The position numbers and the translations under genes were made by a program. The notes under the pieces were generated by a model. It saw only the letters and a program-made list of their open reading frames with translations, did not search any database and was not told where the DNA came from. From positions 785,680 through 849,679 of the forward strand of contig CP006914.1 of the NCBI GenBank assembly GCA_000503835.1: a stretch of 64,000 nucleotides of DNA. The letters are read 5' to 3'. Within the stretch, counting starts at the first letter, position 1; every line of letters begins with the position of its first letter. This DNA is from a candidate division WWE3 bacterium RAAC2_WWE3_1. Its GTDB lineage: Bacteria; Patescibacteriota; WWE3; UBA101185; UBA10185. Of the stretch, positions 55,635 through 64,000 are shown in pieces.

Positions 55635-57539
55635 TCAGTTCTTTCGGGTATCGAAATTAAATAACCTTAGACTGTTGGCCACCACCAGAACAGTCACCCC
55701 AACATCAGCAAAAATGGCTAAGGCTAAACTACTCTTTCCTACCAAAGCTAGTGCCAGGAAAATAGCTTTAACCGCAATTGCCGCACCGGTATTAATGCGG
55801 ATCGTACTACCCGATATTCTGCCTAATTTTACCAAGAAAGGAATGAGTCCGAGGTTATTGTTCATCAGGGCAATATCGGCATTCTCGACAGCAACTTCAG
55901 AACCGATCGCTCCCATGGCAATGCCAACCGAGGCAGTTGAAAGGGACGGGGCATCATTAACCCCATCACCGACCATGGCCACATCTTTATGTTTATTCAC
56001 TAAGTTTTTTAATTGAATGACTTTCTCATCCGGCAAGAGCTTGGCGTGGACTTCATCAATACCGACTTCCTTGGCAACGTAGCCGGCAGCTGACGGGTTG
56101 TCTCCGGTAAGGATGGCCGTTTTGACTTTTAATTTATGCAGTTCTCTGACAGCTGTAGAACTTTCCGGTCGTATCTCATCAACAATTCCTAAAATGCCTT
56201 TGAGTTTTTTGTCATCGCTTATGATAATGGCGGTTTTCCCTTCTTTTTCAAACCGTTCCACAATATCTACAGCCCGCTGATCTACCTTGTGCTCCTCCAT
56301 CACAAACTGCAGCGTGCCTATACAGTGGTGCTTATCAACACAGACCAGACATTCACCGGAAATACCTTTGCCTAAGATTGCCTTAAAGTTGGCATACTCG
56401 TGGACTTTGATATCGGGAAAACTTTTTGAACTTTCGACAATGCTTTTGGCAATCGGGTGTTCGGAGAAAGCTTCAGCTCCGGCCACACAGGCCAGAAGTT
56501 CACCTTTGGAGTACCCGTTTAAGGGAATGACGTCAGAGACTGCCGGCTCGCCTTTGGTGAGCGTTCTGGTTTTGTCAAAAGCAACAGCCTTAATTCTGCC
56601 CATCTCTTCCAAAAACTGGCCGCCTTTAATGAGGATCCCGCGTTTAGTGGCGTTGCCAATGGCGGAAAAGATTGTGATAGGGGTGGAGATAACCAATGCA
56701 CAGGGACAAGCGATTAAAAGAATCGTCAGGCTCTGGGCAAACCACGGAGTAAACGGTTGGGAAAGGAATACTACGGGGATAACCGTCAGTAAAGCCGCTA
56801 CAACCAAAACTCCCGGCGTATAGTAGGAAGCGAATTTTTCTATAAACTTAGCGGCCTGAGACTTCCGTTCTGCCGCCTGAAAGGTCAGATCCACGATTTT
56901 AGCCAGGGTAGTGTCTTTGGAAGTTTTGGTAACCTTAATTTCCAGATACCCCTGGCTGTTTAGCGTTCCGGCAAAAACCAGTTCCCCCATATATTTGTTT
57001 TTCGGCAACGGTTCTCCGGTGATGCTGCTTTCATCAACCAGCGACTCACCTTTTACCACCACCCCGTCCAGGGGAATATAATCCCCGGGTTTGACGACTA
57101 CGATATCGTTGACTGATATTTTCTCTATCGGCGTTTTGGTATCCTGCCCTTTAAGTAACGCAGTTTTAGGAGCTTTTTCAACTAGTTCCTCCAGAGCATT
57201 CTGGCTTCTCTCAATACCAAACTCTTCCATGGCCTCACTGACGGCAAACAGGACGATAATAATAACGGCTTCTTCCAGCTCGCCCAGATAGACGGCCCCA
57301 AAGGTAGCCACGGTCATGAGCAGATTGATATTGGAAAACCTGAGTCTGACCAGGCTTTGCAGGCCACCGATAATGACATCACGGCCGAAAAAGAAAATGA
57401 TAGCCGCAAACAACGGATACTCGACAAATTTAGGCAGATGAACCGAAAAAAGTGACAGGATTTCAAGAGGAATAATGAGAAGGAGAGTGGCTGCTAGCCG
57501 CTTAAACTTGGTTTCTTTGAAAATCTCTGAAATAAGCAT
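55635..57539 (-). CDS. P1B-type heavy-metal ATPase (ZntA/CadA-like)
   Basis: TGE, ACPCAL, DKTRT (sic), SEHP, GDGVND, FADVG. Confidence 0.9.
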   Translation of the reverse strand: MLISEIFKETKFKRLAATLLLIIPLEILSLFSVHLPKFVEYPLFAAIIFFFGRDVIIGGLQSLVRLRFSNINLLMTVATFGAVYLGELEEAVIIIVLFAVSEAMEEFGIERSQNALEELVEKAPKTALLKGQDTKTPIEKISVNDIVVVKPGDYIPLDGVVVKGESLVDESSITGEPLPKNKYMGELVFAGTLNSQGYLEIKVTKTSKDTTLAKIVDLTFQAAERKSQAAKFIEKFASYYTPGVLVVAALLTVIPVVFLSQPFTPWFAQSLTILLIACPCALVISTPITIFSAIGNATKRGILIKGGQFLEEMGRIKAVAFDKTRTLTKGEPAVSDVIPLNGYSKGELLACVAGAEAFSEHPIAKSIVESSKSFPDIKVHEYANFKAILGKGISGECLVCVDKHHCIGTLQFVMEEHKVDQRAVDIVERFEKEGKTAIIISDDKKLKGILGIVDEIRPESSTAVRELHKLKVKTAILTGDNPSAAGYVAKEVGIDEVHAKLLPDEKVIQLKNLVNKHKDVAMVGDGVNDAPSLSTASVGIAMGAIGSEVAVENADIALMNNNLGLIPFLVKLGRISGSTIRINTGAAIAVKAIFLALALVGKSSLALAIFADVGVTVLVVANSLRLFNFDTRKN

Positions 57540-57580
57540 AGTTTTATTGTACCGCGAATTGGTTTCATAGGTCTAAACGT

Positions 57581-58057
57581 TTATTCTTGTTTAAGATCGC
57601 CGATAAAGAAACCTTTTAATAACTCATTAGCTTGGGCGGGATGTGGCCCTTTATTGTTGGTGGGGCGTTCGTTAAACAACGTCGAGGCATCTTTCCCGCA
57701 ACCTCGCACTATTGCCTTACCACCCGGATGTTTTGGGATGAACTCAGTCACGTTATACACTTTCCCTTCGATAGCCATCCAACAGTCTTTTTCTGAATTG
57801 TGCGTGACAACTTCAGCCAAGCTATATGTTTTCGCTTCTGTCGAAGGAGTGTCGGAAACCTGCGATTCTCCTGGAGAAGCTGCAGTAGGTGAATTCCGTA
57901 GGGAACTACCTTCAGGCTGCGGGAGAGATTTGGATGACTTATTGGAAAACAATAAAAACCCTCCGCCCAGAAGCAAAACACCGACCACTACGACACCAAT
58001 TATCATAGGACTCGTCGATTGTTTCGGTTGTTTATTTTGATTAACATTTTCGTCCAT
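57581..58057 (-). CDS. Membrane-anchored cytochrome b5-like heme-binding protein
   Basis: HNSEKDCW..VYNVT..HPGG..GKDAS; SD AGGAGG. Confidence 0.9.
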   Translation of the reverse strand: MDENVNQNKQPKQSTSPMIIGVVVVGVLLLGGGFLLFSNKSSKSLPQPEGSSLRNSPTAASPGESQVSDTPSTEAKTYSLAEVVTHNSEKDCWMAIEGKVYNVTEFIPKHPGGKAIVRGCGKDASTLFNERPTNNKGPHPAQANELLKGFFIGDLKQE

Positions 58058-58072
58058 AAGTTCCACCTCCTC

Positions 58073-58945
58073 CTATAAAATCTCTTTCGGTGCCGAAATA
58101 ACAGATGAGATGCTGTATTCATTGACAATAAATTGCTCACCATCGGAAGCACGTTTCACCATGTAATCGGATGCACCCTTGTAAAACTCGAGGGTTTCCA
58201 TCTTACCGTCGTATTCAACTGTAAAAACCAGACTGGTCTGTTTCGGATAAGTACTTTTACCTGTAACATCATAAAGAGATTGCGCGGTCAGGCTATTAAT
58301 TTGAGAAAGAATGGGGTCCATTTTATCTTTTCCGATTTCTTCATTTTTAGAGCCGCCTTTCCATTTATCTCCTTCTTTAGTGAGTATGGTTATCGAATTT
58401 CCTTCTCTGAAAGTAATTTTCGTGGCTTTGGTCTGATCAAAGGCAAGAATAGTTTTGTCATACCACTCGGAAGCAATTGAAGTAACTGATGGATTATTTT
58501 TAAGAAGGTAAACGGCAGGATCGCTATCGAACCGGGTATAAACCCCTGAAGCTGCGGATTTCCCGGTAAGCAAAGTGAGTTTGTTATCAAGCTTTATTTT
58601 AGTGGCCAAGTCGTCGGTCAGTTCTAATTCTTTGTGACGTTTGTCTGTCTGAGCAATCAGCTCAGGGGAAGTTGTGGGAAGCAGGGATGAGAGAAGACTG
58701 TTGATTTTAGCGGTATCCGCCTTTTTACCGTTTACTTTCCAGACGTCTCCCTCTTTCTTCAGTTGCACGGATCCGGAGGAATTACTGATTTCAATTGCAG
58801 AAACGGTCTGGGCGCTGATGTCTTTTGTTTTTTGGACATAGGCTGAGGTAGGTTGTGATAAAGAAGGCGCATACTGCTTAAAGACCAAAAGGCCTATCAA
58901 AACAATAAAAACTGCCAGTAGTAATTTTATATTTTTATTTGACAT
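58073..58945 (-). CDS. DUF4340-like exported protein
   Basis: Two L.K.GD.W repeats; position after Gld-type ABC genes. Confidence 0.75.
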   Translation of the reverse strand: MSNKNIKLLLAVFIVLIGLLVFKQYAPSLSQPTSAYVQKTKDISAQTVSAIEISNSSGSVQLKKEGDVWKVNGKKADTAKINSLLSSLLPTTSPELIAQTDKRHKELELTDDLATKIKLDNKLTLLTGKSAASGVYTRFDSDPAVYLLKNNPSVTSIASEWYDKTILAFDQTKATKITFREGNSITILTKEGDKWKGGSKNEEIGKDKMDPILSQINSLTAQSLYDVTGKSTYPKQTSLVFTVEYDGKMETLEFYKGASDYMVKRASDGEQFIVNEYSISSVISAPKEIL

Positions 58946-61118
58946 AGGTTCTTTGCGTGAGTAATTTTCTGCGCCTCAGGTAATAAACGGCAAACCCGAT
59001 GACTACCACCGGAGGAATGAGTAAGTTTCCGTACTGGACAAACAAAATATCCGTAGGCGACTTAAACTCAAAGACTGCACGTCCGGAAGATTTACTCGGT
59101 ATTGCCGCCAGATCCTTGTCAGTAGCTAAATAATCGATGGTGTTTGACAGGAAGGCTACATTGTCGCGGTTATTCCCCAGGAACTGATCGTCAGCCAGAG
59201 TGTTTGAGCCTATCACAACCAGACGGGTGTCTCCTTTTTCTGCAAGTGCGGCAAGAGTCACTTCCTTAGCATTCGGCCGCAGGCTTCCCACTGCCTGCGG
59301 GGAAATATTGAAACTCCCTTCTGTTTTTCCCGCATTCGGACCGGTCGTAAGAAGCTTCTTCTGGGTTACTCCGTCTTTTGTCTCAAGCGTGACAGAGCTT
59401 GGCCAGCCTAAACTGATACTCTTAACCGTTGCCAGAGGTGAGAAATTGGTATCTGCCGGAAGAGCCCGCAACCAGTACGGGTACTGAGCCAGATAGCGCT
59501 GTCCACCCTGTCCTCCAAAAGCCAAGGTCTCTGAAAGCTGCAAATCATAAACCAGATCGGTATTCACGGTTATACCATAGTCTTTAAGTACCCCTAACAT
59601 CGGCGAAGTACTGACCTGGGCCGAAAGGGTCTGCTGGCTGACATTCACACCGCTGATCATCACCAGAGCTTTTCCGCCGCTACCGAGATACTCCTTAAGG
59701 GTGGCGGAAGCTGTACTTTGGTTTTGACTGCTACCGTCATCTATCACCAACAAAGCCGATAGATCTTTGACAGCTGACGCATCACCTTCAGAAATAGTCT
59801 TTACCTGGTATTGAGTAGAAAGGAACTCATTAAGCACTTGGTTTTGCGAGTATCCGCCTTGCATGATACCAATTGTTTGCTCCTTTTCGTTTGTTAGCTT
59901 TCTGATCCTGCGGGTTAACTGATATTCAAGATCCGAAGAATCCGACACAAAAGGAATGCTTTCGGTTTTGTCCCCGTAACGCACGGCAATTCCCAGAACC
60001 CCCGCCTGAACTTCGAATTTGCCTGATCCGACACTATTAAACTGTATCTCTCTGATTCCTGCCTGCTGGGCTTCTGAAGCTGCCTGGGGATTATCGGGAT
60101 AAACCACCTGGGTTTTTACATTACGGCTCAATTTCTCATAATCCTTGAGAAGATCAGTAATGTCGCGGGCGACCAGCTGGATCTGAGCGGGTAACTCACG
60201 GGATTGGTAAACCGTAATAGTGACTATGTCCGGCAGGTTCCTGATTGTCTGCTTGGTGCCTATCGACAAAGTGAAAAGTCTGGCCTGAGTAATATCCAGA
60301 CGGATCGGATATGATGACAACAAAATATTAGAGACAATACCGATGCCTGCGATAAGTCCGAATGCAAAATTCAGTTTTCTCTTTTCAGCGGGATTTTCAA
60401 CTGTCTTTCTTTCCGAAAGTTTAGTAACGGCAGCAGCCAGAAATAATCCGGTGATGGTGAGGAAGTAAAAGACATCACGGATGTCTAAAAGTCCCCGGGC
60501 AATGTTTTCTCCATGGGTTAATACTGACAACTCCGCCGCAATTCTGCTGAACGGAAAAGGCAGCATCTGGGTGACAAAGTCCAGTCCGATAATAATGAGT
60601 ACAAACCCGGTTGCAGCAGAAAGAAGAAAGCTGCTGATGGCGTTTTTAACGTAAGCAGAGGCAGCAATGCCGATGGATAAAAATGTAGCTCCGATAAAAA
60701 GCGCCCCGATATACTGTCCGGCAATCTGCCCAATATCAGGTCGGGAGTATGCAACCAGGGTCAGAGGTAAACCCATCGTTGTCAGTAGTATGATGACATA
60801 AAAAGAAAGCGCGCCGAAGAATTTCCCCAGGACAATTTCCAGTTCCGAGATCGGGTGGGCAAACAAAAGCTCCAGCGTCTCGGAGCGGTGCTCATCCGTC
60901 AGAAGTTTCATTGAGAGGGCCGGAGCTAAAAGCAGTAAAAACCAGGGCAAAAGTTCAAAGTAGGGCCGCAGACTTGCCTCGCCTCCGACTAAGGCGGTAC
61001 GGGTATAAATAAATATCGAAAGCAGCAAAAACGGTACGATCACCGTGTACGCCAAAGCGCTGTTGATGTAACCGAGAAATTCTTTTTTGGCAATTCTTTT
61101 AATCAGATTTAGTTTCAT
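58935..61118 (-). CDS. GldF-like ABC permease fused to GldG-like domain
   Basis: AKKEF..Y, TLELLF.HP..EIVLGKF, RLDIT..FTLS.GT, LEYQLT, N..FL.N.IDYL. Confidence 0.85.
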   Translation of the reverse strand: MKLNLIKRIAKKEFLGYINSALAYTVIVPFLLLSIFIYTRTALVGGEASLRPYFELLPWFLLLLAPALSMKLLTDEHRSETLELLFAHPISELEIVLGKFFGALSFYVIILLTTMGLPLTLVAYSRPDIGQIAGQYIGALFIGATFLSIGIAASAYVKNAISSFLLSAATGFVLIIIGLDFVTQMLPFPFSRIAAELSVLTHGENIARGLLDIRDVFYFLTITGLFLAAAVTKLSERKTVENPAEKRKLNFAFGLIAGIGIVSNILLSSYPIRLDITQARLFTLSIGTKQTIRNLPDIVTITVYQSRELPAQIQLVARDITDLLKDYEKLSRNVKTQVVYPDNPQAASEAQQAGIREIQFNSVGSGKFEVQAGVLGIAVRYGDKTESIPFVSDSSDLEYQLTRRIRKLTNEKEQTIGIMQGGYSQNQVLNEFLSTQYQVKTISEGDASAVKDLSALLVIDDGSSQNQSTASATLKEYLGSGGKALVMISGVNVSQQTLSAQVSTSPMLGVLKDYGITVNTDLVYDLQLSETLAFGGQGGQRYLAQYPYWLRALPADTNFSPLATVKSISLGWPSSVTLETKDGVTQKKLLTTGPNAGKTEGSFNISPQAVGSLRPNAKEVTLAALAEKGDTRLVVIGSNTLADDQFLGNNRDNVAFLSNTIDYLATDKDLAAIPSKSSGRAVFEFKSPTDILFVQYGNLLIPPVVVIGFAVYYLRRRKLLTQRTYVK

Positions 61119-61122
61119 AACT

Positions 61123-62031
61123 TTAATTACTGGTTAACTGGCTAAAGACATCTTCAATAGCCCGCTCTTTGGCCACGAGGGTCAAAAGCGTCCATTTATT
61201 TTTAACGGCCAATTTATAAAGCTTTTCCCGGATGTCCAGCTTCTTTTCAATTTCGACCACGAAATAATCCTTTTTGATTTCATGAACATCAATAACTCCG
61301 TCAACCTTTTTTAGAGTCGATAAAACATGGTTTCCCTTAACTTCTATTTCAACGGTTTGAGATGAGCTGCCCAGGCGGCGCAAATTATCCGGTGTTTCAT
61401 CAGCAACAATAGCGCCTTTATGGATAATAACCATCCGGTTTACGATTTTAGCCAGCTCACTTAAAACATGGGAAGAAATAATAACGGTGCGTTCTTTTCC
61501 TAAATCCCGAATGAGTGCGGCTATATCCTGGCGCTGATTGGGATCCAGCCCTTCGGTAGGTTCATCCAAAATCAGAATATCGGGTTTCGTCAGAATTGCC
61601 TGAGAAAGCCCGACCCGTTGGCGGTATCCTTTGGAAAGCTCAGAGATCGGACGGTAATACACCTCTGAAATTCCGCAGCGGTCAACCACAAAATCAATTG
61701 CTTCCTGCCGTTCACTTTTAGGAATCTCCTTCATGTCCGACCAAAATGATAGGTATTCCTCTACTGTCAGTTCTTCGTACAGCGGATTATTTTCAGGCAA
61801 AAAACCGATCCGTTTTTTGACAATACCGTCTGTTTCGATATTTGTCTCATCAATAACGACAGTACCCTTTGACGGAGGCAGTACTCCGGCAATCATCCGT
61901 AAGGTGGTTGTTTTGCCTGCGCCATTCGGGCCAAGAAGTCCGATGATTTCTCCCTGGTTAATTTTTAGATTGACATCGCTGACGACAAACTGTCTGTCAA
62001 ACCGTTTTGATAATTTTGTCAATGTAATCAT
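61123..62031 (-). CDS. GldA-like ABC ATPase
   Basis: GPNGAGKTT, LSKGYRQRVG, LDEPT.GLDP. Confidence 0.92.
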   Translation of the reverse strand: MITLTKLSKRFDRQFVVSDVNLKINQGEIIGLLGPNGAGKTTTLRMIAGVLPPSKGTVVIDETNIETDGIVKKRIGFLPENNPLYEELTVEEYLSFWSDMKEIPKSERQEAIDFVVDRCGISEVYYRPISELSKGYRQRVGLSQAILTKPDILILDEPTEGLDPNQRQDIAALIRDLGKERTVIISSHVLSELAKIVNRMVIIHKGAIVADETPDNLRRLGSSSQTVEIEVKGNHVLSTLKKVDGVIDVHEIKKDYFVVEIEKKLDIREKLYKLAVKNKWTLLTLVAKERAIEDVFSQLTSN

Positions 62032-62037
62032 ATGTTT

Positions 62038-63165
62038 TTAATCACAATCTGTTCCTAATCCTCCGACACAATTTTCAGTCGGCGGTTTGCCCCGCTCAGG
62101 GCATTTTTCAGAGTAAATACATGCTCTGTCTGTGACTTCTGACAACTGTTTGTCAGAGACTTCAACAGTCGTAGTACTAAAACTCATAACAATTCTGTCC
62201 AGGTCCTTAAACTCATACCCTCTCCAATTACCGGTTTGTTTTTTTCCGTTTACGTACCAGCTCACCCCGGATGGCAGGTTTGCCTTCCAGGAGTCAATAA
62301 GCTGACCCAGGGTAACGCCGGTTTTATGTTTATGGATTACTTCTTCAGTATCTTTATGCGAGTGAATATCGGGGTCTTTTTCAAAATATTCCGGACGATC
62401 CTGAAGCAGCACCTTTTTCCCATTCACATATAAAGCAAGGTCTGCGTGTTCATGAACTTTTTCACCCGTTGATTGACCGGAGGGTTTTGGAGCTTTAAGA
62501 ATAGCCGCATTGATAAAGGTTTTGAAATCCTCCGGAGTTTTGGGATTGGGAATTTTGTCGCCATTGAGAAAAAAGGACGGTGTACCGGAAACGCCCAGTC
62601 TGGTACCCGAGTTTTTATCCCGTTCAACCCTGTCTTTTACTTCTTTTGAGGCCACATCCTTTTTAAATTGATCCATATTAAGCCCAAGTTGTCTTGCATA
62701 TTCTTCGAAAATCTTTGGGTCAGCGGCTGGTTTTTCGCCCCATTTTTTTTGTTCTTCAAATAACTTGTCATGCATCTCCCAGTACTTGCCCTGTCTGGCA
62801 GCGGCCTCAACAGCAAGGGCAGCCGGCAGACCATTTTTGTGTCCGGGGAGCGGGAAATAGCGATTGACAAAACGAACCTCGGTTTTGAATTCTTCTGCCA
62901 GTTGTTTTACCAGGGGATAATATGCACCGCAGGCTTCGCATTCAAAATCCAGATATTCAACCAGGGTTACTGAAGCTTCTTTGTTCCCTTTAATATAGTC
63001 ATCTGACACTACTTCAAGTAATTTTTTCTGTTCATCGGAAACGGGTGTGGAATTATTCGTGGTGGAGGATGATGAAGAGCCCATTTTGCTGGCGAAAAAT
63101 ACACCGCCCACCAAAACGACAACCGTAACGATCATTATTCCTAATACAAATTTGTCCTTAAACAT
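62038..63165 (-). CDS. DsbA-family protein with His/Cys-rich C-terminal domain
   Basis: Canonical order DFECEAC..GVSGTP; tail HEHAD, HSH, HKH, CIYSEKC..C..C. Confidence 0.85.
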   Translation of the reverse strand: MFKDKFVLGIMIVTVVVLVGGVFFASKMGSSSSSTTNNSTPVSDEQKKLLEVVSDDYIKGNKEASVTLVEYLDFECEACGAYYPLVKQLAEEFKTEVRFVNRYFPLPGHKNGLPAALAVEAAARQGKYWEMHDKLFEEQKKWGEKPAADPKIFEEYARQLGLNMDQFKKDVASKEVKDRVERDKNSGTRLGVSGTPSFFLNGDKIPNPKTPEDFKTFINAAILKAPKPSGQSTGEKVHEHADLALYVNGKKVLLQDRPEYFEKDPDIHSHKDTEEVIHKHKTGVTLGQLIDSWKANLPSGVSWYVNGKKQTGNWRGYEFKDLDRIVMSFSTTTVEVSDKQLSEVTDRACIYSEKCPERGKPPTENCVGGLGTDCD

Positions 63166-63211
63166 ATTTTGTTATTTTACTATGTTTTGTAGTAATTTTT
63201 AAACCCTTTAT

Positions 63212-63430
63212 TTATGAGGCGACTTTCACCTCATATTCCAGTGACTTTATAACTTCAATAATCTTTCCCAGGTTAACCACATTCGGATCGAAAGTGACAA
63301 CCGTTTTTTGCTTAGCGTAATTTGTGCTGGCTTCCCTGACACCCTTTAAGTCCTCCAGCTCAAAGTCAATATTCATGGCACAACTGGTGCAATGCATGCC
63401 GACAATTTTTAATGTTACCGTTTTCATCAT
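63212..63430 (-). CDS. Heavy-metal-associated (CopZ-like) chaperone
   Basis: GMHCTSC. Confidence 0.9.
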   Translation of the reverse strand: MMKTVTLKIVGMHCTSCAMNIDFELEDLKGVREASTNYAKQKTVVTFDPNVVNLGKIIEVIKSLEYEVKVAS

Positions 63431-63435
63431 TTTTA

Positions 63436-64000
63436 TCAGATTACGTTAATGTTTCCTTTAAACATGCCCATACTGCACATAAAAGCAAGCGGACCGGGAG
63501 TTGTGGGAGCGGTAAATTCAATTGTGTCAGACTGGCCGATCGGCACAACTCTTTGCAGTCCCAGTTTAGGAATCGTAAGCGACTGAGCACAGCCGCCGCC
63601 ACCCTGGTTGACAACCGTAAACTTTACCTTTGAGCCGGCCTTGATATTTACAATTCCCGGATCCGTACTGTAACCGTTTCTGGTAATAAAAATTGTCGCT
63701 TCCTTAACCGCCATGGTGGTAGCACCGGCCACTCTTCCTTCATCACAGAAACTGATGGTGCAGTTAATGCCCGTTAAAATGCCGTCCAGGGTGAAACTGC
63801 TACCGCTAAGTGCTAATGCCCCATTAAAATTGTAAACGGCGACCAGAATAATTGCTCCGGCCGCAATCCGATTAAACGTTCCGCTTAAAGAACCGCCAAG
63901 TTTTCGGGCAGCGTAACCAAGCAGGAAGAATAAAGGAGACGTACCCAGCATAAAGACAAACATGGTTGTGGCTCCGGCAAGCGCGGATCCGGTTGAGATG
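63436..64000 (-). CDS. DsbD_2/TauE-type membrane protein with C-terminal cupredoxin domain (5'-truncated)
   Basis: F.LGTSP TM motif; GC..L.IP and FMCSMGM cupredoxin motifs; frame open to window edge. Confidence 0.75.
   Translation of the reverse strand, partial: ISTGSALAGATTMFVFMLGTSPLFFLLGYAARKLGGSLSGTFNRIAAGAIILVAVYNFNGALALSGSSFTLDGILTGINCTISFCDEGRVAGATTMAVKEATIFITRNGYSTDPGIVNIKAGSKVKFTVVNQGGGGCAQSLTIPKLGLQRVVPIGQSDTIEFTAPTTPGPLAFMCSMGMFKGNINVI

Larger units (their letters stand above)
44630..64000. mobile_element. Probable genomic island (metal/redox/envelope cargo), extends beyond window
   Basis: Switch from housekeeping to accessory genes, XRE HTH, paralogous DsbA and M23, pseudogene debris, att-like left junction; no integrase seen in window. 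Confidence 0.55.

Noticed and set aside
58073-62031. Gliding motility system
   Set aside because: GldA/F/G-like ABC modules are common outside gliding bacteria; no other gld/spr genes
46690-63633. Numerous 60-180 aa ORFs overlapping island genes
   Set aside because: Antisense or off-frame shadows of well-supported genes, with no motifs or start signals

Overview
A 64 kb chromosomal segment of a small-genome bacterium. Gene content and style (mini-TsaB, TRAM-less MiaB, cupin-type PGI, PrgI/VirB4 pair, DUF4012, many apparently leaderless genes) suggest Patescibacteria/CPR, probably WWE3/Microgenomates; this is an inference. Bases 1-43 kb are mostly housekeeping: a T4SS-like PrgI/VirB4 cluster, rpmH-rnpA-yidD-yidC-jag-dnaN, miaB-miaA, rnpB, mltG, ftsE-ftsX-M23, tsaE-tsaB, glycosylation genes, DsbA-VKOR, tRNA-Pro(GGG), truB, uppS and bcp, with single-gene AT-rich islets interspersed. 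From about 44.6 kb to the end lies a probable genomic island rich in metal, redox and envelope genes. Highlights: (1) an operon with a CDF metal-transporter domain fused to HflK, followed by hflC, hflK and a two-parvulin foldase, with no ftsH in the window; (2) two apparently natural circular permutations (the DsbA next to VKOR and the FtsEX-linked M23 peptidase), each with a canonical-order homologue in the window as control; (3) an NpmA/KamB-like 16S m1A1408 methyltransferase sharing an overlapping bidirectional -10 element with truB; (4) a tandem structured ncRNA candidate upstream of rnpB; (5) an unannotated 27-aa basic ORF resembling bS22/mS38. All family calls come from motif recognition by eye; no searches were run.
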